DNA of 28,112 bases from Candidatus Micrarchaeota archaeon (GTDB taxonomy: Archaea > Micrarchaeota > Micrarchaeia > Anstonellales > Bilamarchaeaceae). The stretch is from positions 1-28,112 of the forward strand of contig JBFMCO010000071.1 in assembly GCA_040754495.1 (NCBI GenBank), read 5' to 3'. Of this stretch, positions 1 to 8,318 are shown in pieces. The notes beneath the pieces are model-generated. The model was not told where the DNA came from. It worked only from the letters and a program-made list of their open reading frames with translations, and ran no database searches. Position numbers and translations under genes: made by a program. Numbering within the stretch: the stretch's first letter is position 1; the number at the start of each line of letters is the position of its first letter.

Positions 1-2
1 TG

Positions 3-299
3 CTGAGGATAGACAAATACGAGCGCGAGGTCGCAATCTGGGACAACCAGCTGACCAAGCTCATCAAGGGCGTGAAGCCCATGGGCGTGATAGCGTACGC
101 CCAGACCACCGCTGTAGGCACGAGCAAGGAGGCGGCCGTCGCGTCAGCGAGGGCGCAGGCGAACGAGCTCCGCACGGTGCTCGCGAACGCGCTCAACGTG
201 GAGGTCGTGCTCCTTTCCGGCGACGAGATGCTGAAATGCTTCGAATGGGAGAAATTCTTCCCGACGACGACGCAGGAGCTCGAGGAGAGCGTGAGCTGA
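3..299 (+). CDS. 5'-truncated ORF; C-terminus of a protein resembling the N-terminal/accessory domain of VirB4/TrsE-type ATPases
   Basis: Frame open from base 3 (LRIDKYEREVAIWDNQLTKLIKG...ELEESVS*). Stop TGA abuts the ATG of the ATPase at 300. The pattern Y..T.A...EEA...A....EL...L....V.V..LSGDEML recalls VirB4 N-terminal regions; this is an impression, not a search result. Confidence 0.6.
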   Translation: MRIDKYEREVAIWDNQLTKLIKGVKPMGVIAYAQTTAVGTSKEAAVASARAQANELRTVLANALNVEVVLLSGDEMLKCFEWEKFFPTTTQELEESVS

Positions 300-1883
300 A
301 TGGCCATAAGCGGCAAGTTGAGGCTGGTCAAGCTTTCCAACTCCTCAATCTCCAAGCGCAACCTCCTGGTGCACCCGCCGGAGCCGCCGATGGAGGTGCT
401 TTTCGCAGACCCCACCAACTCGATTTTCATCGGCCGCACGAAGATATTCAGCGTCCCCTACTACTGGACATTCGAGAACGTGGCGAACCCGCACATCGCG
501 ATTGTGGGGATATCGGGCTCTGGAAAGTCCTACTTCATCAAGACATTCCTGCTGCGCTCGGCTTTCGTCTGGAACAGCAACGCCCTCATAATCGACTGGG
601 CGGGCGAGTACAAGGACTGGGTGAAGCAGAGCGGGGGCAAGATAGTGTCGCTCGGAAAGGGCTCGTACCTGAACCTGCTGGACCTGGGCGGCATGAAGCC
701 CTATGACCGCATCAAGCAGGTCATGAGGACCATGGAGCTCCTTACCGACATCCAGAACTACCCTGAGCAGAGGCGCCTCACCGAGCAGGCCATAGAGAAG
801 GTCTACATGGAGTCCAAGTTCAGGATGGACGCCCGCGAGCAGAAGGACGAGCTCGGCAAGCCTCTCGCGCCGCCCACGCTCAAGGACGTAGTCCGCGTGC
901 TCAGCGAGCAGTCTCAGGTCGGCACCTACGAGTTCCCGGCCGAGCTCGAGAACGCAATCTACAGGCTCAAGCAGTTCACGAAGCCCGGCGAAGACTTCTT
1001 CGCGCAGCAGAGCACTGTCAGCCTGGACGAGCTCATCAGCTCCGGCCTCGTGGACCTCGACCTCTCGGGACTGCCGGACGAGACCTCGCGCGCCCTTGCC
1101 GCACTCACTGCCCTCCAGTTCATCAAGGAGAAGATGCGCATCGAGGGCTGGAGCTACTCCAAGGGGCTCAAGCTGCTGATAGTCCTGGACGAGGCGTGGA
1201 AGATAGGCAAAGACGAGAACTCGGACGCGGTCATGATAGTCCGCGAGGGCCGCAAGTACAACTTCGCCATGATTATCGCGTCCCAGAACCCGACCGACAT
1301 CAGCGAGGCCATCTTCTCCAACGTCGGCACCACGTTCATACTGAAAGTGAAGTTCGAGAAGTTCCTGGACTACCTCCAGGGCTCGCTCAACTTCAGCAAC
1401 TACATGCGCGACGAGATAAGCCGGCTCGGCGTCGGGCAGTGCGCGGTCAACGTTGCGCTCACTCTTCCGACGCCTTATCCCTCCACCTTCCTGATAGAGA
1501 AGATAGAGGGAGAGGAGCCGACCAAGGAGTACTTCCTTGATCTGTCGGGCGTGCTCACTGACAAGCAGAGGAGGGATGTTTCGGTGTCGAGGAGCGTTTC
1601 GTTCCTGAAGGAGGATTTCAGAAGGAAGTTGAGGCAGTTCGGCCTGACCGACGAGAAGATAGAGGAGCTGACCAAGGTGTTCGAGAAGTCGAACCGGCGC
1701 ATGGACGTCGTCTCGTTCGTCATCCAGCTCGAGCGCGACGGCATAGCGAGGCGCAACATCAGCGACTTCCTGAAAGACGCGGGCATAGACGACATAACGA
1801 TAATCAACATCTTCGGCAAGGTGGACCTCAAGAAGAGCGGCGGCGTAGGCCGTGAGATAAGCCAGGTCGTCCTAGAGGAATGA
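300..1883 (+). CDS. VirB4/HerA-like (DUF87, FtsK-HerA superfamily) P-loop ATPase with ~115-aa helical C-terminal extension
   Basis: NPHIAIVGISGSGKS (Walker A), IIDWAGEY, LLIVLDEAW (Walker B), REGRKYNFAMIIASQNPTD (Arg-finger and SQ motif). No transmembrane segment. Confidence 0.9.
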   Translation: MAISGKLRLVKLSNSSISKRNLLVHPPEPPMEVLFADPTNSIFIGRTKIFSVPYYWTFENVANPHIAIVGISGSGKSYFIKTFLLRSAFVWNSNALIIDWAGEYKDWVKQSGGKIVSLGKGSYLNLLDLGGMKPYDRIKQVMRTMELLTDIQNYPEQRRLTEQAIEKVYMESKFRMDAREQKDELGKPLAPPTLKDVVRVLSEQSQVGTYEFPAELENAIYRLKQFTKPGEDFFAQQSTVSLDELISSGLVDLDLSGLPDETSRALAALTALQFIKEKMRIEGWSYSKGLKLLIVLDEAWKIGKDENSDAVMIVREGRKYNFAMIIASQNPTDISEAIFSNVGTTFILKVKFEKFLDYLQGSLNFSNYMRDEISRLGVGQCAVNVALTLPTPYPSTFLIEKIEGEEPTKEYFLDLSGVLTDKQRRDVSVSRSVSFLKEDFRRKLRQFGLTDEKIEELTKVFEKSNRRMDVVSFVIQLERDGIARRNISDFLKDAGIDDITIINIFGKVDLKKSGGVGREISQVVLEE

Positions 1884-2344
1884 ATATGAAAGTCTGCGTC
1901 TCGTGCCAGCAGGACGTGTCCGCGAAGAAGGCCATGCCGGTCAAGGAGGACCGCATCATAAAGGGCATCCGCGCTGCCAAGAAGCTCCTCGGGATAGCCC
2001 AGATGAACGAGCTTTTCGTGTGCGAGGAGTGCATGCAGAAGCACCTCGAGCGGAGGCGCTCGTTCGAGAAGACGATGCTTTTCGCCAGCGTATTCGCAGG
2101 CCTGCTCCTCGTGATAATCATCCTCGTCCCTCTGCTCTCAGGGCGCTTCGACCCGTGGGCCGTCGTGTCAGGCGTGATAGTCGCCCTGTTCATACTGACG
2201 CTGCCCGTGTTCAAGTACGCGCCTGCGGTAGAGGGCGTCAGCGCGAACGCGTTCAAGATGGCAGCCAAGCCCGCCGCTGCGCCGTCCGCAACCCCTGCCC
2301 AGCCGGCCGGAGAGGCCCAGAAAAAGAGGAAAAAGAAGAAATGA
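1880..2344 (+). CDS. Zn-ribbon membrane protein (CxxC...CxxC, 2 TM helices, poly-Lys tail)
   Basis: KVCVSCQ and VCEEC, two hydrophobic stretches, C-terminus KKRKKKK. ATGA overlap with the ATPase stop. Confidence 0.8.
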   Translation: MNMKVCVSCQQDVSAKKAMPVKEDRIIKGIRAAKKLLGIAQMNELFVCEECMQKHLERRRSFEKTMLFASVFAGLLLVIIILVPLLSGRFDPWAVVSGVIVALFILTLPVFKYAPAVEGVSANAFKMAAKPAAAPSATPAQPAGEAQKKRKKKK

Positions 2345-2353
2345 GGTGCAATT

Positions 2354-3151
2354 ATGCCGCTTCCCGCAAAAAAGACCGACAAGCCGTCTCCGGCCGCTTC
2401 CGCTCCCCAGCCTGCCGCCGCCCAGTCGACGAAGGAGGAGGCCCACCCGCCGCAGGTCGACGGCTTCAAGATAAAGGGCAGGCTGAAAGGGAAGCTCAAG
2501 GACCTTGCGGGGGTCCTTCGCTCGATATCATTCCTCGAGCTCGCGCCTGAAAAGGAAGTCCTGAACGTCATATACGTTGAGAGCAGGGACATAGACAAGA
2601 ACCCCTACCTCTTCTCCATACTGAAGATGAAGGAGGACGAGATAGAGGTCCTCTACACCATCCCGCCCGAAATCGGCCCGAAGAAGAGGCGCGTGGACGT
2701 CATCCGCTACCTGCTGAACATCCTGTCCCTCATCGAATCTTACTTCGAGGTGGACAACAAGACCGTCTACCAGCTCATAGAGAACTCGATAAAGGAGCTG
2801 GCCGGCTCGGTGACAATGGATTACAACAAGCTTTACACCTCCTACGACTCGCTCAAGAAGGAGGTCGACGATTACAAGAAGAAGATAGACCGGCTGACCG
2901 AGCAGAGCCAGGCACTGACCTCGTCCAACTACGAGCTCAAGACGCAGAACGACGAGATGAAGCTCAGGCTGCAGCAGCTCGAGGGCCTTTCGGACGATGC
3001 GCTCAAGGCGAAGCTGCAGGAATGGGTTTCGGAGCACAGCGGCACCATAAACATCACTGAGTTCAGCAAGCTCCACAAGGTGGCCGAGGCAAAGGTGGAG
3101 GAGATGCTGAACCGGCTCGTGAGCGAGGGTTATCTCGAAGTGGTCCAGTAG
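2354..3151 (+). CDS. Hypothetical protein: alpha/beta domain, coiled coil and C-terminal winged-helix-like domain
   Basis: Strong codon bias. Heptad-rich segment YNKLYTSYDSLKKEVDDYKKKIDRLTEQSQAL...LQQLE. C-terminal INITEFSKLHKVAEAKVEEMLNRLVSEGYLEV matches a wHTH pattern. Confidence 0.75.
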   Translation: MPLPAKKTDKPSPAASAPQPAAAQSTKEEAHPPQVDGFKIKGRLKGKLKDLAGVLRSISFLELAPEKEVLNVIYVESRDIDKNPYLFSILKMKEDEIEVLYTIPPEIGPKKRRVDVIRYLLNILSLIESYFEVDNKTVYQLIENSIKELAGSVTMDYNKLYTSYDSLKKEVDDYKKKIDRLTEQSQALTSSNYELKTQNDEMKLRLQQLEGLSDDALKAKLQEWVSEHSGTINITEFSKLHKVAEAKVEEMLNRLVSEGYLEVVQ

Positions 3152-3238
3152 GCTTAGATGGGGAACGGATGACGGCCCGGTATATGGGCCGGAATCCGGA
3201 CGGAAACCCCACTAAGAAGGGCGTAGAGGGTTTTCACA

Positions 3239-5806
3239 ATGGTCGAAATGGGCGCGAAGGTCAAGCGAAAAACGTACAAGTTCGAGCTCAAGAAGAAGTA
3301 CCAGTACGTGAGCCACTACAAGATAAAGCAGAGGCCGCCCATAGATAAGATAAAGGACAAGTTCCGGGAGCTCCTCTCCCCGAAAAAGGCCGAGAAGAAG
3401 GCAGAGCCGGCCGCCCTGCAGCAGCCGCCCAAGGGCGGATTCAACTTCCTCGTTTTCGGAGGCTTCATACTCATAGCGCTCATCCTGCTCGCCATAGCCT
3501 GGCTGTACCTGACAATCCAGGTCGTCCAGCCCGGCGCCGGCGTTTTCCAGCCGCAGGTGGAAAAATCTTCCATAGACAACACCATCGAGAACGGAGATAT
3601 CCTGACGACCGGATTGCGCGGCAGCACGAAGAACCTGGCGGCCGTGTTCGTGGACTACAATACCGTCAACCTGAAGAACTACACGGTCACGGTGACCACG
3701 TACGACACGAGGCTGCCATCCGAGGTATTCATACTCAACAGCGAGAGGTTCGAGGCCTCCACGTACCCGGATTTCATCCGCGTACTCAGGTCTAATTTGG
3801 CCAAGCGGAAGATACTTCTCAACGAGATAACAATCAAGCAGCTCGAGACGCTCCCCGAGGGCGCAGTCGTCATAGTGCCGAGCGGGGCGATCCCCAAGGA
3901 AATAATCGGCATAGACAGCCAGCTGACCATGAACGAGCTCTCTGACCGCGGCATAGTCCTCATATACCTGGGCCAGCCCTTCACCAAGATGCTGAACGGC
4001 ACCCTGGTCTCATTCACGCCGCGCGACACCCTGAAGGACGTCCCGGCCACCTTCGACGAGAACGCCCAGCTCGAGTCCGAGCCCGGATTCAGCCTTTTCC
4101 AGCCGCTCTACCGCGTTGCTCCGCTCGGCGGCTGGAAGGGGGCGATAGCATACGGCTCGGTGAGCATCACAACCCGTGGCAACGGCGCCTTCGTTTTCGT
4201 CCCGCAGACGCTTGATGGCGGCTGGAGGGGCGACTACGAGGCCGCTGCGGACGACATCTCCCGCATCGTGTTCGAGACCCCCTGGGCGCAGCCGAACTCC
4301 GAGCCGAAGGTCTACGAGTTCACGAACCAGACCAATTACAGCGGGAGGCAGTATTTCTTCTCGAACGAGTTCGATTCTCCGAACGTCACGACCAAGGTGG
4401 AATTCATCGGCTACCCGCCGGCCTCGAACATCTCCATCCGGGAGACGCTCTTTGCCCAGCTCGAGAAGAGGAGGAACAACACCCTCCTCATAGAGCAGGG
4501 GGGCCGCGTCGTGTCGGCCAACATCACGAACCAGCCTGTCAGGATAAACGCCCAGCTCCGCGAGCCGGTAGCCGCGCAGCCGAGCATGTTCCTCTCGGTG
4601 GTCGACAACAAGGGCAATGAGATACAGACATTCCCGCAGGGCAACGTGAACGTCCAGGCCGACCAGAGCTTCGACGTTCTCATCTACCTCGACCGCGGGG
4701 AATACATCGTCAAGCTCGTCGATGACGAGTCCAACGTCTATGGCGAGACGTACATGAAGGTCGTGTCCATAGACATCAACTACCTCGGGCAGGACGTCCA
4801 GAAGCGCTCGACGTACAAGTTCTCGGTAACGATGGATGGCTCCCCGCGCACCCTCAGCGAGGTCACGGTGAGGGTGGATAACGGCCAGTACGGGACGCAG
4901 AAATTCACGAACGTCGACAACATGAGGGTGGACCTCAGCCAGTACGTGGGCAACGAGCCCCTTCCGCTGGGCAACCACACCTTCGAGTTCACGGCAGGCG
5001 CGCTCAAGGTCAACATACCGGTGGTGCACACCCGGCCCAAGACCATCTTCGATGAGCCCATCTTCTGGATAACCCTGATACTCACGGGCGGAATCGTGGG
5101 CGTGGGAGCCATCTTCGCAAGGGCGGAGGAGGTCTTCTTCGCGATTGACATCCCTGACTTCCCGCCTGTCGCCCGCACCAAGATTCCGCTGTCGCCGGAC
5201 GTGGTCCTGAGCATCTTCGACAAGGTGAACGAGACCTACCGCTGGCAGACTACGCCGCTTACGGCCGCGGAGATGAAGAACGGCTTCAAGGACATATTCG
5301 TCCAGGGCAAGCCCATTTACATAACCGACTTCAACGTGGAGTACCTGCTGGTCGAGCTCGAGAAGAAGGGCCGCGTGAAGGAGTCGCTCGGCTACTTCGG
5401 CATGAGCGACTGGGAGCAAAAAAGCGGGCACACGATCGAGTACCTGGCGCTCATGCGCAGGCTGCGCGACATATGCGTGAACAACGCCATCCCGTTCACC
5501 GGCCTCGGGGAGTCAGAGGAGGCCGACAGCGTGATAACCGTGGTGGGCCAGCAGATGTCCATACACTTCTACGAGAGGCGCATAGACGTCGGGAAGCTCC
5601 TTGGCCGCGTCATACCGACGATAGGCCATGGCATCGCCATAATCATGTTCAAGAGCCCGCCGGACAAGGAATACTTCCAGACCATGATGAACTCCTCGCC
5701 CACAATCGGCCCGCTGATTGTGAAGATGGAGGCCGACAGCAGCTCCCTTCTCCTCCTCACGGCTGACGAACTCGAGAAGATGATGCTCGAGTTCAAGAGC
5801 ATGTAG
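3239..5806 (+). CDS. Large 2-TM membrane protein with ~530-aa extracytoplasmic region and ~225-aa cytoplasmic C-terminal region
   Basis: 855-aa ORF with typical codon bias. TM1 FLVFGGFILIALILLAIAWLYL, TM2 IFWITLILTGGIVGVGAIFA. Many N-x-S/T sequons between the two TMs. Confidence 0.8.
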   Translation: MVEMGAKVKRKTYKFELKKKYQYVSHYKIKQRPPIDKIKDKFRELLSPKKAEKKAEPAALQQPPKGGFNFLVFGGFILIALILLAIAWLYLTIQVVQPGAGVFQPQVEKSSIDNTIENGDILTTGLRGSTKNLAAVFVDYNTVNLKNYTVTVTTYDTRLPSEVFILNSERFEASTYPDFIRVLRSNLAKRKILLNEITIKQLETLPEGAVVIVPSGAIPKEIIGIDSQLTMNELSDRGIVLIYLGQPFTKMLNGTLVSFTPRDTLKDVPATFDENAQLESEPGFSLFQPLYRVAPLGGWKGAIAYGSVSITTRGNGAFVFVPQTLDGGWRGDYEAAADDISRIVFETPWAQPNSEPKVYEFTNQTNYSGRQYFFSNEFDSPNVTTKVEFIGYPPASNISIRETLFAQLEKRRNNTLLIEQGGRVVSANITNQPVRINAQLREPVAAQPSMFLSVVDNKGNEIQTFPQGNVNVQADQSFDVLIYLDRGEYIVKLVDDESNVYGETYMKVVSIDINYLGQDVQKRSTYKFSVTMDGSPRTLSEVTVRVDNGQYGTQKFTNVDNMRVDLSQYVGNEPLPLGNHTFEFTAGALKVNIPVVHTRPKTIFDEPIFWITLILTGGIVGVGAIFARAEEVFFAIDIPDFPPVARTKIPLSPDVVLSIFDKVNETYRWQTTPLTAAEMKNGFKDIFVQGKPIYITDFNVEYLLVELEKKGRVKESLGYFGMSDWEQKSGHTIEYLALMRRLRDICVNNAIPFTGLGESEEADSVITVVGQQMSIHFYERRIDVGKLLGRVIPTIGHGIAIIMFKSPPDKEYFQTMMNSSPTIGPLIVKMEADSSSLLLLTADELEKMMLEFKSM

Positions 5807-5950
5807 GCCCTTCCTTCTCCTTATCCAAGGATAAAGGGCTGCGAAACTTCCTGAGCCCGGACTAGTTCGATGTTGGGGGCGTCCAGGCTGCCCATGCTTA
5901 TCATGGAGAAAAGCCGCCGAATCCGCTTCCCTTCCCCCATATCCCCAGAA

Positions 5951-6625
5951 TCAGCCCTTCGATTTCTCGTACAATTCGTTCATCTTCTTCTCGTCGATGA
6001 ATTCCAGCATCCTGTTGCAGCGCTCGCACCTGAACTCGCAGGTCGCGGCGGATTCGAAGTTCGTTATGCTCGAGGAGCCGCAGGCGGGGCAGAAATAGTA
6101 ATCCTCGCCGGCCTCCGTCCCCATCGGGTTCAGCCGTCCTGCATGGTTCACGGCCCACTTCTCCATCCTCTGGTGGTTCAGGGACCAGCTGTAGGAATAC
6201 CACCCGGTCTCGCTGTCCTTCTCGCGGATGTAGTTGACCAGGCCCTCGTTGTGGAGCTTGTTCAGCGTGGCGCGGACGTCGGAAATCTTGATTTTCAGCT
6301 TCTTGGCGAGCTCCTCGTCGCTGTGGTTGCCGTAGAAGTTGCGGACTATCGCCAGGGCGTTCTCGCCGCCTATCTCTATCAGGTTCTGCCTGACATTAGA
6401 GTCGCCGAGTATCTTCCCTACCTTCCTCAGGGTCTCCTTCTCGAGCTCGTCCCTCTTCACGACCGGCTCGATGGGAGCCTTCGCTTTCACGGGCGCCTTC
6501 GCCTTCCTGGCTTCCTTGACCGGCACCTTGGCAGGCTTCCTGACAGGCTTCGCCTTCCTGACGTCCCTTTTGACGACATTCTTAGATTTAGGAGTTTTAG
6601 TTTTCTTCCTGACCGCCACTAACAT
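5951..6625 (-). CDS. tfe: Transcription factor E (TFE alpha) with Lys/Ala/Pro-rich N-terminal extension
   Basis: wHTH SDEELAKKLKIKISDVRATLNKLHNEGLVNYIREKDSETGWYSYSW and Zn ribbon YYFCPAC...FRCERCNRMLEFID. ATG at 6625 preceded by GGGTG. Confidence 0.93.
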   Translation of the reverse strand: MLVAVRKKTKTPKSKNVVKRDVRKAKPVRKPAKVPVKEARKAKAPVKAKAPIEPVVKRDELEKETLRKVGKILGDSNVRQNLIEIGGENALAIVRNFYGNHSDEELAKKLKIKISDVRATLNKLHNEGLVNYIREKDSETGWYSYSWSLNHQRMEKWAVNHAGRLNPMGTEAGEDYYFCPACGSSSITNFESAATCEFRCERCNRMLEFIDEKKMNELYEKSKG

Positions 6626-6659
6626 CACCCACAACAAGCCTATATTAGCTCATTTTTGA

Positions 6660-6667
6660 TATTTAAA
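6660..6667 (-). promoter_or_regulatory. TATA box (TTTAAATA) for tfe
   Basis: Consensus archaeal TATA about 35 nt upstream of the tfe ATG, overlapping the DUF460 stop codon. Confidence 0.55.
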
Positions 6668-7148
6668 TGTTTCTATCCAGCCGCTCCGCTATCCTCTGCC
6701 CCGCTATCACCATCCTTTTCAGCTCCTCGGCGTCCGGAGCAGCCATGGCGTCTATCTGCCTCAGGCGGTTGGCGTATTTCCGGTACGCTTTCACCGCCGC
6801 GGCGTAGGAGTCGCGCACGTGGGGGTCGTCTATGTGGCCGCCGATTTCCCGCTTTTCCACCCTGCTCATGCTCTCGGCGGGGCAGAAGACCTTCACATTG
6901 AGCCTTGCCGCCACCTTCTGCACGAAATGCGACGGCGGATGCGTGTCGGATGCTACAAGCACCGGGATGCCGAAGGACGAGACGGCCCGCACTATTCTCT
7001 CGTCGCTCGCCTCCTTCTCGCAGCCGCTCCCGACAAGGCTCCCGGACAGGTCGAGGACCGCATAGCCGGTGTTTATTCCGGCATCTATGCCGACAATCAG
7101 GTACCTACGCCTTCCGGACGAGCCTGCGGTATATCCTGAGGGTTTCAC
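6663..7148 (-). CDS. DUF460-like RNase H-fold predicted nuclease (short stand-alone form)
   Basis: LIVGIDAGINTGYAVLDLSG, GIPVLVASDTHP, HVRDSYAAAVKAY match the DUF460 N-terminal domain pattern. Start uncertain (GTG 7148 or TTG 7151, overlapping the GT4 3' end). Confidence 0.75.
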   Translation of the reverse strand: MKPSGYTAGSSGRRRYLIVGIDAGINTGYAVLDLSGSLVGSGCEKEASDERIVRAVSSFGIPVLVASDTHPPSHFVQKVAARLNVKVFCPAESMSRVEKREIGGHIDDPHVRDSYAAAVKAYRKYANRLRQIDAMAAPDAEELKRMVIAGQRIAERLDRNI

Positions 7149-8262
7149 CAACGCTGTTTTCTATCGAATACCTTTTAGCGGTTTTCTTCCCTGCCTCGCC
7201 CAGCCTCTCCCTGAGCCGCTCATCGTCGAGGAGCCTCTCCATGGCTTTGGCCAATCCCGCGGTGTCCCCTGGCTCGACGAGAAGGCCGTTCCTCCCGTGC
7301 CTGATTATCTCCTTGGCGCCGAGCCTGCGGACGCCGATTGCAGGCACGCCCGCGTGCATCGCCTCCACGAAAGTCAGGCCGAAAGTCTCGCTGTCGGATG
7401 CCGAGGCGAACACGTCAGCGCAGCAGTATGCCGCCGCAGGGCGCTTCACGAAGCCGGCGAACACCGCGTTTTTCAGCCCGCGCGTCTTCGCGAAGTCCCT
7501 GAAGTCCTTCAGGTACGGGCCGCTGCCGGCGACGACGAGCACCCGCCCTGGCTTCTCGATCCTCCTGAATGCCTCGAGGAGCGCATCCAGCCGCTTCTCG
7601 AACGATATCCTCCCTAGGTATAGGACCACCTTCTTGCCCGTGAGGCCGTGCGATTTCCTGAAAGCCGCCGCCTCCCTCGGACTGCACCTCAATTTCGAGA
7701 AGTCTATGCCGTTCGGAAGATACTCGACATTGGTCAAGCCGTAGGAGCGCAGCTCGGCCGCAAGCTCGTTTGTGGGGGCGGTGACTACGTCCGCCATGCC
7801 AAAGACGTGCCTTATCATTCTTTTCACGGTGTAGCCGCTTATGTCGGCCAGCACCTTCGGGAGCTTGCCGTTCAGGAGGTGCGGCACGTAATCCGGGAAG
7901 TGCGTGTGGTAGGTGACGACAACGGGAATTTTTTTCCTCCTTGCCGCTATTATGCCCTGGAGACCGAGGTTCACCGGCGCGTGCGCATGCACCACGTCGG
8001 GCTTCTCCTTCCTGAGCAGGTTGCTCACCCGCTTGTAGTTTATCGAGGCTATCCGGTAGCCCTCGTAAAACGGGAACGGCGAGGAGGGCACCCAGTACGT
8101 CCTGAGCCTCCCGGCCTGCTCCACCCTAAGCTGGCGGCCAACGCCTGGCGCGAAAACCACCACGTCGTTGTCCCTGGAAAGCAGCCGGATCGCGTCGGAA
8201 AGATACGCGACGACTCCGTTCATCTGGGGGACGTACGTGTCCGTGAAGATGGCTATCCTCAT
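7105..8262 (-). CDS. Glycosyltransferase family 4 (GT-B; PimA/diacylglycerol glucosyltransferase-like)
   Basis: MRIAIFTDTYVPQMNGV N-terminus, HAHAP, LYLGRISFEKRL, SETFGLTFVEAM (E-x7-E motif). Confidence 0.92.
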   Translation of the reverse strand: MRIAIFTDTYVPQMNGVVAYLSDAIRLLSRDNDVVVFAPGVGRQLRVEQAGRLRTYWVPSSPFPFYEGYRIASINYKRVSNLLRKEKPDVVHAHAPVNLGLQGIIAARRKKIPVVVTYHTHFPDYVPHLLNGKLPKVLADISGYTVKRMIRHVFGMADVVTAPTNELAAELRSYGLTNVEYLPNGIDFSKLRCSPREAAAFRKSHGLTGKKVVLYLGRISFEKRLDALLEAFRRIEKPGRVLVVAGSGPYLKDFRDFAKTRGLKNAVFAGFVKRPAAAYCCADVFASASDSETFGLTFVEAMHAGVPAIGVRRLGAKEIIRHGRNGLLVEPGDTAGLAKAMERLLDDERLRERLGEAGKKTAKRYSIENSVGETLRIYRRLVRKA

Positions 8263-8318
8263 GCATGGCTTGCGCTGACATGGATTAAAATCCCTCCCAA
8301 AGAGGGGAAAAACAAGAA

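Noticed and set aside
3152-3238. Short stems (GGCCC/GGGCC, AAACCC/GGGTTT) in the gap before the 855-aa gene
   Set aside because: Stems of 5-6 bp are expected by chance at this GC content, and no recognisable motif is present.
4010-5431. 473-aa minus-strand ORF and other long alternative ORFs (5870-6622, 17295-18512, 7648-8370, 236-706, 1903-2550, 13046-13858)
   Set aside because: All lie within genes that have clear motifs or codon bias in another frame; no independent signals.
5807-5950. RNase P, SRP, 5S rRNA or hammerhead identity for the structured gap
   Set aside because: Only short partial look-alikes (CAGGAAGTT, CCCAACATCGAAC, GAAAC/CTGA). The conserved cores are missing and the region is too short, so it is kept only as an unassigned structured region.
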